Shown piece by piece: positions 56,021 through 64,000 of a stretch of 64,000 nt of DNA (positions are counted from its first letter, which is position 1; each line of letters begins with the position of its first letter). The translations under genes and the position numbers were made by a program. The notes under the pieces are model-generated. The model made no database searches. It was not told the origin of the DNA and saw only the letters and a list, made by a program, of their open reading frames with translations. This DNA comes from Candidatus Thorarchaeota archaeon (GTDB lineage Archaea; Asgardarchaeota; Thorarchaeia; Thorarchaeales; Thorarchaeaceae), in assembly GCA_003345545.1 (NCBI GenBank), contig PRDH01000039.1, forward strand, positions 1 to 64,000, given 5' to 3'.

Positions 56021-56635
56021 ATGTCTGAAAAAGAGAATGAGAATCATGAGACTGATATTGACATGTCTGATGAGGGTCTCGACTCTGAGGAAGCCATTGA
56101 AATCATTCCAGAGAATCCTGATGAGAGGAATTTTGCGAAGGAATGCCAGAGGTCAAAGGACCTGTTTGACAGGCTGCAAAGACTCCAAGCTGAGTTTGAC
56201 AACTATAGAAAGCTAATGGAAATGCGCTTCTCTGAAGCTACGAAATTCGCCAGCGAGGGCATACTTCTGAAGATGCTGGACGTCTACGACAATCTGCTTC
56301 GTGCCCTTCAGATTGACTTCAGGAAAGACACGAAGGGCGCTGAAGCTGGTATTCGAGCAATCCGCCAGCAGATGGACAAGATTTTGGCTGATGAAGGTGT
56401 TAGACCAATCAAGTCAGTCGGACTACCGTTTGATCCCTATTATCAGCATTCTGCTGGCACACGTAACGATCCAAAGGTACCCGATGGAGTCGTTGCTGAA
56501 GAATACCAGTCTGGGTATATGTTAAGAGAGAAGGTGTTGAGACCGGCTATAGTATGCGTGAATAGACACGAAGCTCCTGACAATGATGCGACTGAGAGTA
56601 AGAGTGAGAAGACACACAAGGATAGTGAAGTATAA
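56021..56635 (+). CDS. grpE: Nucleotide exchange factor GrpE
   Basis: [26 protein letters not shown]. Confidence 0.96.
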   Translation: MSEKENENHETDIDMSDEGLDSEEAIEIIPENPDERNFAKECQRSKDLFDRLQRLQAEFDNYRKLMEMRFSEATKFASEGILLKMLDVYDNLLRALQIDFRKDTKGAEAGIRAIRQQMDKILADEGVRPIKSVGLPFDPYYQHSAGTRNDPKVPDGVVAEEYQSGYMLREKVLRPAIVCVNRHEAPDNDATESKSEKTHKDSEV

Positions 56636-58524
56636 TGGCGAAGGTTGTAGGTATCGATCTCGGAACAACATTTAGTGGCATTGCGTATATGCTGGCTGGA
56701 AAGCCAACAATGATTCCTAATGCGGAAGGACAACGGATAACCCCGTCAGTCGTTGGAATCACACCCAAAGGTGAAGTTGTTGTTGGCGAGATTGCAAAGC
56801 GACAAGCTATATCAATGCCTGATAGAACTGTACGCTCAATCAAACGTAAGATGGGACAAGACTACAGGATCAAGATAGGTGACAAGGAGTATACTCCTCA
56901 GGAAATCTCAGCCATGATTCTCGCCAAGATGAAGCGCGATGCTGAGGCATTCCTAGGTGAGCCGATCAAGCAAGCCGTGATTACAGTTCCAGCTTATTTC
57001 AATGACAGTCAGCGACAAGCGACGAAGGATGCTGGAAAGATTGCTGGCATGGAAGTCCTACGTATTGTGAACGAGCCGACTGCATCAGCACTTGCCTATG
57101 GTTTGGATAAGAAGGAAGAGGCTAAGATTCTTGTCTATGATCTCGGCGGCGGAACATTCGACGTTTCGATTCTTGATATTGGTGAGGATGTCTATGAGGT
57201 TCTAGCAACCAGTGGAAATACACAGCTCGGCGGAGATGACTGGGACAAACGAATCATTGATTGGGTTGTGAGAGAGTTCAGGAAGTCGACAGGAATTGAC
57301 ATAACGAAAGACCTCTCTGCAATGCAGCGTATCCGTGATGCATCGGAACAGGCAAAGATTGAACTCTCTACAGTCCTGAAGACAACAATCAATCTACCCT
57401 ATATCACAGCAGATCAAAGTGGTCCGAAGCATATCAACCTTGAACTGACCCGATCCCAATTAGAGAAGATGACTGACGATTTAGTCCAAGCGACAATGGG
57501 TCCGATTCGGCAAGCTCTTAGCGATGCGAAGTTGGAGCCTGAACGTCTGGACAAGATCCTGCTGGTCGGCGGCGCAACAAGAATGCCGATGATTCAAAAC
57601 TCTGTGAGAGCAATATTCGGAAAAGAAGGTGACAAGAGTATCAATCCTGATGAGTGTGTTGCTCTCGGAGCCGCAGCTCAGGCAGGTGTTTTAACTGGTG
57701 AAACCAAGGAGGTTGTGCTTCTTGATGTCACTTCCCTGACACTCGGCATTGAAACTCTGGGAGGCATATCGACCCCGCTGATTGAACGCAATACGACTAT
57801 TCCTATTTCCAAGAGCAAGATCTTCTCGACAGCTGCTGACCATCAGACGGCTGTCGACATCCATGTGACTCAGGGTGAGCGCAAGATGGCTGCTGATAAT
57901 ATGACTCTTGGTCGGTTCCAGCTCGTAGGAATTCCACCTGCGCCTAGAGGTATACCAAAGATAGAAGTGTCATTTGACATCGACGCGAACGGTATCGTCA
58001 ATGTAAAAGCAAAGGACCTTGCTACAGGTAATGAGCAGTCGATAACCATCACTGCAAGCACGAACCTGTCAGACTCTGATGTAACTAGAATGGTCAAGGA
58101 CGCAGAGAGATATGCTGAGGAGGATGCAAAGCGATTTGCCCAGACTGAGACCAGGAACAATGCTGACCAGATGGTCTACCAGGGCGAGAAGCTTGTCAAG
58201 GACATGGGCGACAAGGTTCCTGCCAATCTCAAGAAAGAGATTGAAGCTAAATCTGAAGAAGTCCGAAAGGCTATCGAAGCCAATGATTATGCAAAGATGA
58301 AGTCTGGAACTGAGGAGCTTCAGCAGATAATCTTCAAGATATCAGAGAAGGTCTACGGTTCTGCAGGTCCTGGCGCCCAAGCTGGGGGAGCTGGTTTTGA
58401 TCCCTCCCACATGGCTGGTTTCGATTCGTCAAAGAGGAGTGGCAAGAAGGGCAAGAAGGGGCCGAAGCCTGATGAGTCCTCAGACGAGGATGTAGTTGAT
58501 GTGGACTTTGAAGATCTAGATTAA
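56635..58524 (+). CDS. dnaK: Chaperone DnaK (Hsp70)
   Basis: [31 protein letters not shown]. Confidence 0.99.
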   Translation: MAKVVGIDLGTTFSGIAYMLAGKPTMIPNAEGQRITPSVVGITPKGEVVVGEIAKRQAISMPDRTVRSIKRKMGQDYRIKIGDKEYTPQEISAMILAKMKRDAEAFLGEPIKQAVITVPAYFNDSQRQATKDAGKIAGMEVLRIVNEPTASALAYGLDKKEEAKILVYDLGGGTFDVSILDIGEDVYEVLATSGNTQLGGDDWDKRIIDWVVREFRKSTGIDITKDLSAMQRIRDASEQAKIELSTVLKTTINLPYITADQSGPKHINLELTRSQLEKMTDDLVQATMGPIRQALSDAKLEPERLDKILLVGGATRMPMIQNSVRAIFGKEGDKSINPDECVALGAAAQAGVLTGETKEVVLLDVTSLTLGIETLGGISTPLIERNTTIPISKSKIFSTAADHQTAVDIHVTQGERKMAADNMTLGRFQLVGIPPAPRGIPKIEVSFDIDANGIVNVKAKDLATGNEQSITITASTNLSDSDVTRMVKDAERYAEEDAKRFAQTETRNNADQMVYQGEKLVKDMGDKVPANLKKEIEAKSEEVRKAIEANDYAKMKSGTEELQQIIFKISEKVYGSAGPGAQAGGAGFDPSHMAGFDSSKRSGKKGKKGPKPDESSDEDVVDVDFEDLD

Positions 58525-58538
58525 TCCTTCACAGAGAG

Positions 58539-59585
58539 GTGAGCTTCTTGGCTGAGCATGACTACTACGATATACTTGGCGTTGGAAGAAATGCAACCCA
58601 AGATGAAATCAAGAGAGCATATCGGGAGCTTGCTAAGAAGTACCATCCTGATCGTAATCCAAATGACAAAGGAGCAGAGTCAAAGCTGAAAGCCATCAAC
58701 GAGGCCTATGGCGTTCTTGGGGATCCTGAGAAACGCACCAAATACGACCGGTGGGGAACAGCTGATGAACAAGGTATTGATATGGATAACTTCGGTGACA
58801 TATTCAGCTCAATCTTTCGGGGGTTTGGTGGCTTTGGCGGATTTGGGGGTCGAGGTGAGCCCTCAGGGCCCGAACCGGGTCAGACACTTCGAATTTCAAT
58901 CGATTTGACCTTCGAAGAAGCTTTCTTTGGCATTGAGAAAGAGATTGCATTCAACAGGAAAATCCATTGTGAGACCTGCAAGGGATCCGGAGCCGCGCCA
59001 GGCAGCGCACCTAAGACTTGTCCGACGTGCCGTGGCCAAGGCCAAGTCGCTCGGTCGATGGGATTCTTGAGCGTCGCCCAGACATGTCCTACATGTGGCG
59101 GAATTGGGGAGACTGTCGATACACCTTGTCCTGATTGTAGAGGCCAAGGCCTACAAAATGAACGTCGGAAGACCGCTCTCCCGATTCCTCCTGGCGTTGA
59201 AGATGGACAGGGTATAAGAATTTCAGGTGGCGGAAATGCAGGTGCGCGAAGAGGACCATATGGCGACCTCATTGTCATGTTCAATGTGAAACCTCATGAC
59301 AACTTTGTCCGGCGAGGTCTGCATGTCTATATGGAGCATGAGATACCGTTTTCTCTTGCAGTGCTAGGTGGCGAAGTAGAGGTGCCCACGATGAGGGGAT
59401 TGAGTAAGATGAAGGTTTCTCCCGGCACCGAAGGTGGGACATTGTTCCGAATGAAGGACAAGGGTGTTCATGCAGAAGACGGTCGTCGGGGTGACCAGCT
59501 TGTCCGCATCAAAATCCAGATTCCTCGGAAGCTCTCAAAGGAACAGAAGGAATATCTCAGCAGGTTCTCAGAGGTCTTTGATTAG
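58539..59585 (+). CDS. dnaJ: Chaperone DnaJ
   Basis: HPD J-domain, G/F region, four CxxCxGxG repeats. Confidence 0.98.
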   Translation: MSFLAEHDYYDILGVGRNATQDEIKRAYRELAKKYHPDRNPNDKGAESKLKAINEAYGVLGDPEKRTKYDRWGTADEQGIDMDNFGDIFSSIFRGFGGFGGFGGRGEPSGPEPGQTLRISIDLTFEEAFFGIEKEIAFNRKIHCETCKGSGAAPGSAPKTCPTCRGQGQVARSMGFLSVAQTCPTCGGIGETVDTPCPDCRGQGLQNERRKTALPIPPGVEDGQGIRISGGGNAGARRGPYGDLIVMFNVKPHDNFVRRGLHVYMEHEIPFSLAVLGGEVEVPTMRGLSKMKVSPGTEGGTLFRMKDKGVHAEDGRRGDQLVRIKIQIPRKLSKEQKEYLSRFSEVFD

Positions 59586-60151
59586 AATTCTAGAGGCTTG
59601 CAGAGGCAGGCCTTCATTCTGAGTTTCGGAAACGTCTGAGTGTATGCCGGTTGTACGACCCATGCCGTATCTGCCCCTCTTCCTGTTCCAGCGATGCACA
59701 CCGCATCGTGGTCTGTGGGAACTAGTCCCGCATCAGCAGCCATCATTGCAATCTCAGCGCATACCTTTGTTCCCTGACCAAAGGTGCGAAATGCTACTGC
59801 GATAATCTCAGTGGGCTGCCACCCACCCAGTTCCACTCTGATTCCTCTGGCAATTCCTGCAAATGCGTGAGTTGCCGTGAGAACATGTGCTCCTTCATTG
59901 ATAATTCTCTCTCGTTGATCATCCTTCAATTCATTCTCATTTGGGGTGGCGAAGCCTGCCTGGTGTGACACAACAATGACAGTCTTGTTCTTGAACCGCT
60001 GTGCTGCCTCTAGTCCCGTTGTTCCTTCGGTCGATGCAACAACAATGTGCTCAATTGATGGATTTGCGGCGAGGTACTCACTCACAACTGAGAGGACTTT
60101 CTGCGTTTTTGCTTGTGACAGCTCATCGAAATAGTAGGTTTCGACTCTCAT
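59582..60151 (-). CDS. Pyruvate-kinase C-terminal-like alpha/beta domain protein
   Basis: [44 protein letters not shown]. Confidence 0.8.
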   Translation of the reverse strand: MRVETYYFDELSQAKTQKVLSVVSEYLAANPSIEHIVVASTEGTTGLEAAQRFKNKTVIVVSHQAGFATPNENELKDDQRERIINEGAHVLTATHAFAGIARGIRVELGGWQPTEIIAVAFRTFGQGTKVCAEIAMMAADAGLVPTDHDAVCIAGTGRGADTAWVVQPAYTQTFPKLRMKACLCKPLEF

Positions 60152-60190
60152 GATGTTACTGGTGCAGCTGCTTGTACTTGAGGCTTCCTT

Positions 60191-60637
60191 CTAGGACTCC
60201 CCACTCTGCTTGGCTCGTACAAACCACTCGATGACAGCGAACACCATCAATACAACAACTGCGAGAGAGAAATTGACTGCTCCATTTGTGATAGTTGAAA
60301 CAATCCATGCTGCTAGGACAACGACAATAAGAGCTGCTACCAAACGAATTGCATAGTACCGGACTCGACCAGAACTGCGCGCTTGCTCAGGTTCATGGAC
60401 TTGCTCGATTGCATATTCTTCTGCTATTTCCTCAGGTGTGCCAACGTCATCAAGGACCTCTTGAATCAGCTTAGATTGGCTTTCATCTGGATTGCCCCTG
60501 ATCTTGTTGTTCAATGCTTCATGAATATGAGATCGGAGATCTGCTATCAGATCTTCGGCGGCAAAGTTGTCAGGAAGAAGCCGCGACGTCTTCTTGATGA
60601 AATCCTCAATCATTCTCTCAGTCTCGCCACTAATCAT
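60191..60637 (-). CDS. HAAS-domain membrane protein (PadR partner)
   Basis: DLRSHIHE...DVGTPEEIAEEY followed by 2 TM. Confidence 0.8.
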   Translation of the reverse strand: MISGETERMIEDFIKKTSRLLPDNFAAEDLIADLRSHIHEALNNKIRGNPDESQSKLIQEVLDDVGTPEEIAEEYAIEQVHEPEQARSSGRVRYYAIRLVAALIVVVLAAWIVSTITNGAVNFSLAVVVLMVFAVIEWFVRAKQSGES

Positions 60638-60986
60638 GTCCTAGAACCTCCAGTTTTTGAAAGATATCTCTGACAAGCACAGTCAGTTGTCGGTAAACTC
60701 GGTCTCCCTCTCCAGTCAGGACGTATACCTTTCTGCTCGGCCCCGAATCAGACTTCTCATCGTATACATTGAGGAGTCGCTCCTTGCGAAGTCTATGGAG
60801 AATAGGATACAGGGTTCCTTCCTTTACTTGAAGCAGCCCGTCTGTCTTCTCCTGCAATTCGCGGGCAATACCATATCCATGAATCCCTGACTCGTGGTTC
60901 TTCACTATCGCTAGGACTGCATATTGAAGAACGCCTCTTCTGAATTCTACTCTCCATGCGTCTTCAAAGCTGGGTCCTCTTTGCAA
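60630..60986 (-). CDS. PadR-family transcriptional regulator
   Basis: HGYGI, EGTLYPILHRL, RKVYVLTGEG. Confidence 0.93.
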   Translation of the reverse strand: MQRGPSFEDAWRVEFRRGVLQYAVLAIVKNHESGIHGYGIARELQEKTDGLLQVKEGTLYPILHRLRKERLLNVYDEKSDSGPSRKVYVLTGEGDRVYRQLTVLVRDIFQKLEVLGHD

Positions 60987-61048
60987 TGGATGCAGTCCTC
61001 TCAGGTCTTGAGAAGGTGTTTCTGTACGTGTCCTTAAGGTTGTCTATC

Positions 61049-62440
61049 TCAGACAGTGTCTGCGTCATGGCGTCTACGGTGGACAAGTGACCGGAACTCT
61101 CTCCATAGCGTCGATGAGTACTGCCTCGGTTCTCTGATTAGCAGGTAGAGGAATGAAGCAACAAGCCTTAGAATCCCGCTCAGCATGAGCATTATAAAGA
61201 CCGTCAGTATGGGGTCGAAGATGATAATCAGGATTGCTTCTCCCAGAAGACCGGCAAGAAGCGAGCCTAGTAGGTATACGATACCCGTGAAAGTATTGAA
61301 TACTGCAATATGGGCTCCCCTCTCCGATTCTGGAGCGATATCATAAATGTACGCAGTGATGGCATTGACTGCCGATGCTGTGCAGAATCCTGCTATTACA
61401 TTGGCAAGGTACACCAACCAGACATTCGTTGCCAAGGCATAGAGGACTGGGACCAAACACAGAAAACCCCGCCCCAGAAAAATCAGGGGTCTCCTACCAA
61501 TTCTATCGCTCAGTCTACCGAATGGCACAGTGAAGATGACTGTGGAAGCAGTCATAATCGCTGAAGCGAGCGCAATTTCGAATATTGTATTATGTAGCCA
61601 CTCTCGCTGGACAACAATGAAATACGGCCATGCCATGGACATCGAGAACGAGTAGAAGATAGCAACAAAACTGAAACGACGGAAATCGCCAGGTCTTGAG
61701 AGTAGCTTGAGCAACGGAGGGAAGCGTCTTGGTCCGTCACCCTTTCGAGCTTTCTCGCGAAGTCCAAGAGAGAGTATAGAAGCTGAGATTCCAATTACAG
61801 CTGTGAGAAAGAACGGAATATAGTATGCTTCCCGCCAAGCATCTACGGATGGAAATAGAACGGTGCCTATGTCACCAAATGAGGCCCTCAAGAAGGGAAG
61901 GATGCCTGGCACGCCTGCAAGGAATCCGGAGATAAGGGTAGCAAGAAGCGAGGCGATATTCGTTACTAGTCCCAGTTTTCCTAGTTCGTCGCCTCTATTC
62001 TTCTCACCCATGAGACATCCGATTAGAGATAACCACGTCGGAATCTGAATGCTAAACAGAATGGACTGAATTGCATACATGGCTATCATATCAATTGGAG
62101 TCGCTGCCCACAGGAACAAGTAGACAAACGCAAGTCCCCACATTGTGCCAAATGCTACGAATGCCTTCGCGTGTCCCGCTCTGTCCGATGCTGCTCCCCA
62201 AGCCGGTTGTAGAACAGTGGGCGCGAAATTCCCTACACTCCTGAACGCGCCAAGTTGTGCGAAATTCAATGAACCGTACAAGTTCGTCTGCATATCGACA
62301 AGATATGTCTGCAGGAAAGGTGCATGAAGACCTAAAGCAAATTGAGTCATGGCTCCAACAGCGACTGCTCTCTTGGGGAGCTTCTGTTCCTCAACTGCTT
62401 CACAAGTCTCTTCAGTCAAAGGAGATTCTCCTTGAATCAC
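61049..62440 (-). CDS. MFS transporter
   Basis: GAASDRAG and GRLSDRIGRR motifs; about 12 TM. Confidence 0.9.
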   Translation of the reverse strand: MIQGESPLTEETCEAVEEQKLPKRAVAVGAMTQFALGLHAPFLQTYLVDMQTNLYGSLNFAQLGAFRSVGNFAPTVLQPAWGAASDRAGHAKAFVAFGTMWGLAFVYLFLWAATPIDMIAMYAIQSILFSIQIPTWLSLIGCLMGEKNRGDELGKLGLVTNIASLLATLISGFLAGVPGILPFLRASFGDIGTVLFPSVDAWREAYYIPFFLTAVIGISASILSLGLREKARKGDGPRRFPPLLKLLSRPGDFRRFSFVAIFYSFSMSMAWPYFIVVQREWLHNTIFEIALASAIMTASTVIFTVPFGRLSDRIGRRPLIFLGRGFLCLVPVLYALATNVWLVYLANVIAGFCTASAVNAITAYIYDIAPESERGAHIAVFNTFTGIVYLLGSLLAGLLGEAILIIIFDPILTVFIMLMLSGILRLVASFLYLLIREPRQYSSTLWREFRSLVHRRRHDADTV

Positions 62441-62547
62441 GTTGGCACGCGGTCCCCCTCTTAACTGTGATTCTGATTGCTAATACTTGAAACATCAAAA
62501 ACCGTCAGACTATTATTGCGTCTAGCTCAACCTGTGTGCGTTGAAAG

Positions 62548-63657
62548 ATGCTCGGAGAGTCATTATACAAGTCGAGACTGGAACAAATCCAGAAGCAATT
62601 GGAGACAACCGGTGCGGATTTCGCACTTCTGACTCCTGCAGCCAATTTCCAATATATTACTGGATACACATATCACATGAGAGAGCGTCTAGTGGCTCTT
62701 GTCATTCCGAAAGGTGCCGAACCTGAGCTTGTTGTTCCAGCTTTTGAGGCGTCTGATCACTCCTCGCACACCTGGGTCAAGGAAATAAGATCCTGGACGG
62801 AGGATGAAAATCCATACCTGATGATAGCAGATGCCATTGGAAAAGGTGGCAATGCCTCCACAGTCATGCTTGATGACAGTCTTCCTCTGGGTGTCTATTG
62901 GTCACTGGAGAAGGCCTTTGGCGGCTTCAAGAAGGCATTGTCGATTACACCTGCGATTGACGCTTTGCGAATCTCGAAATCCGAGGATGAGGTTGCTTTG
63001 ATGCGAAAGGCAGGCCACATCATTGACGAGGCGATGATGAAGGCTTTCAGAGAGGCTCAGATTGGGATGACTGAGGTGCAGGTTAGTCAGATAGTGCAAG
63101 AAGAGATTCTTCGTCAGGGTGCTGCTCCCAGTTTTAGTGCTGTACTTTTTGGAAGAAATAGCGCCCTGCCTCACGCGGACTCGAGCTCGAGAGAGCTGAG
63201 GCGAGGAGATGTTGTCCTGATGGACTGCGGCTGCTCCACTGATGGATACAACACTGACATGACTCGCGTTGGAGTCGCAGGAAGACCATCGCCTGAGATG
63301 GAACAAATCTACTCTATCGTGCGGAAAGCCGAAGAAACTGCGATTGAGAGTATATGTTCCGGAATGGTCTGTGGCATAGCAGATGGAATTGCTAGACGTA
63401 TCATAGAGGCGGCAGGATACGGTGACTACTTCACTCATCGTCTAGGTCATGGGATTGGACTTGAGGTCCATGAACCCCCCTATCTTGTCCGCGGTAGTTC
63501 TTCAGTGTTGGGACTGGGAATGTGCCACAGCGTTGAACCTGGCGTCTACTTCGAGGGCAAGTTCGGCATGCGAGTAGAAGACCTTGTATGCATCCATCAA
63601 GATGGGCTTGAGGTCATAACCTATTCCCCCAAGGAATTGATCACAATGAGCCTCTGA
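62548..63657 (+). CDS. pepP: Xaa-Pro peptidase (M24 family)
   Basis: MDCG, DMTR, HRLGHGIGLEVHE, EPGVY, GMRVED. Confidence 0.9.
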   Translation: MLGESLYKSRLEQIQKQLETTGADFALLTPAANFQYITGYTYHMRERLVALVIPKGAEPELVVPAFEASDHSSHTWVKEIRSWTEDENPYLMIADAIGKGGNASTVMLDDSLPLGVYWSLEKAFGGFKKALSITPAIDALRISKSEDEVALMRKAGHIIDEAMMKAFREAQIGMTEVQVSQIVQEEILRQGAAPSFSAVLFGRNSALPHADSSSRELRRGDVVLMDCGCSTDGYNTDMTRVGVAGRPSPEMEQIYSIVRKAEETAIESICSGMVCGIADGIARRIIEAAGYGDYFTHRLGHGIGLEVHEPPYLVRGSSSVLGLGMCHSVEPGVYFEGKFGMRVEDLVCIHQDGLEVITYSPKELITMSL

Positions 63658-63660
63658 CGA

Positions 63661-63999
63661 TTAGTCATGGGTTTCACTATCAGATGGTGATGGATGGTCC
63701 TTGGGACCCTGCGACGAGTCCTCGCCAGTTTCCTTCTTTTCTTCTTCTGAACGTTTCTTCATGGCTTCAGCAGACTGTCTAATGAGTTCAGCCATTATGA
63801 CGGAGTAGACTGCTGGAAGTGCAGCGTCTGTTTCGGTCCTCTCCCTGAACTCCTGTTCGGCCAGGTCTCTCGCCTCTTGGAGAACCTCCTTGCTGACCTC
63901 TCCCTGTCCAACGCCGGGGCAGTCCTTGCTACTCAGATAGTATTTCTCTCCGTTGTACTCAAGCGGATAAGTTCGGCATGAGATGGGTCTTGAGTATCT
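63661..63999 (-). CDS. Partial CDS (3' end), YkgJ-type Cys-cluster protein
   Basis: Minus-strand frame RYSRPISCRTYPL...DCPGVG...THD ending at TAA 63661-63663; open at the window edge. Confidence 0.7.
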   Translation of the reverse strand, partial: RYSRPISCRTYPLEYNGEKYYLSSKDCPGVGQGEVSKEVLQEARDLAEQEFRERTETDAALPAVYSVIMAELIRQSAEAMKKRSEEEKKETGEDSSQGPKDHPSPSDSETHD

Positions 64000-64000
64000 G

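Overview
Gene-dense archaeal chromosome segment. Gene content and protein style (RFC, RIO kinases, TFS-like Zn ribbon, GTPBP1-like GTPase, archaeal CitG, TATA-type promoters, several eukaryote-like proteins) suggest an Asgard archaeon, most plausibly Thorarchaeota. This assignment is an inference, not a search result. No rRNA, tRNA, CRISPR array or mobile element was seen. Housekeeping content: long-form XPB helicase plus partner, RFC small subunit, core MetE-like synthase, two RIO kinases, serC, two USPs, three membrane-anchored subtilases, sirtuin, grpE-dnaK-dnaJ, PadR/HAAS pair, MFS transporters and an M24 peptidase. The strongest candidate for an undescribed system is at 16.9-21.8 kb. There, a radical SAM/SPASM maturase with an N-terminal PqqD/RRE-like domain is divergently transcribed from a gene cluster encoding a single-pass membrane protein. 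That protein's predicted cytoplasmic C-terminus is a 49-aa (Cys-His-Ser-Ala)n tail with 11 Cys and 9 His, resembling a ranthipeptide/CXXX-repeat core fused to a surface protein. Other notable items: a TFIIH-like XPB/p52 pair, a switch-like structured 5' leader before the 1603-aa subtilase, a shared promoter motif linking two wHTH genes and the RIO locus, a CTL/SLC44-like transporter and a truncated TFS paralog. All family assignments are from motif recognition by eye.
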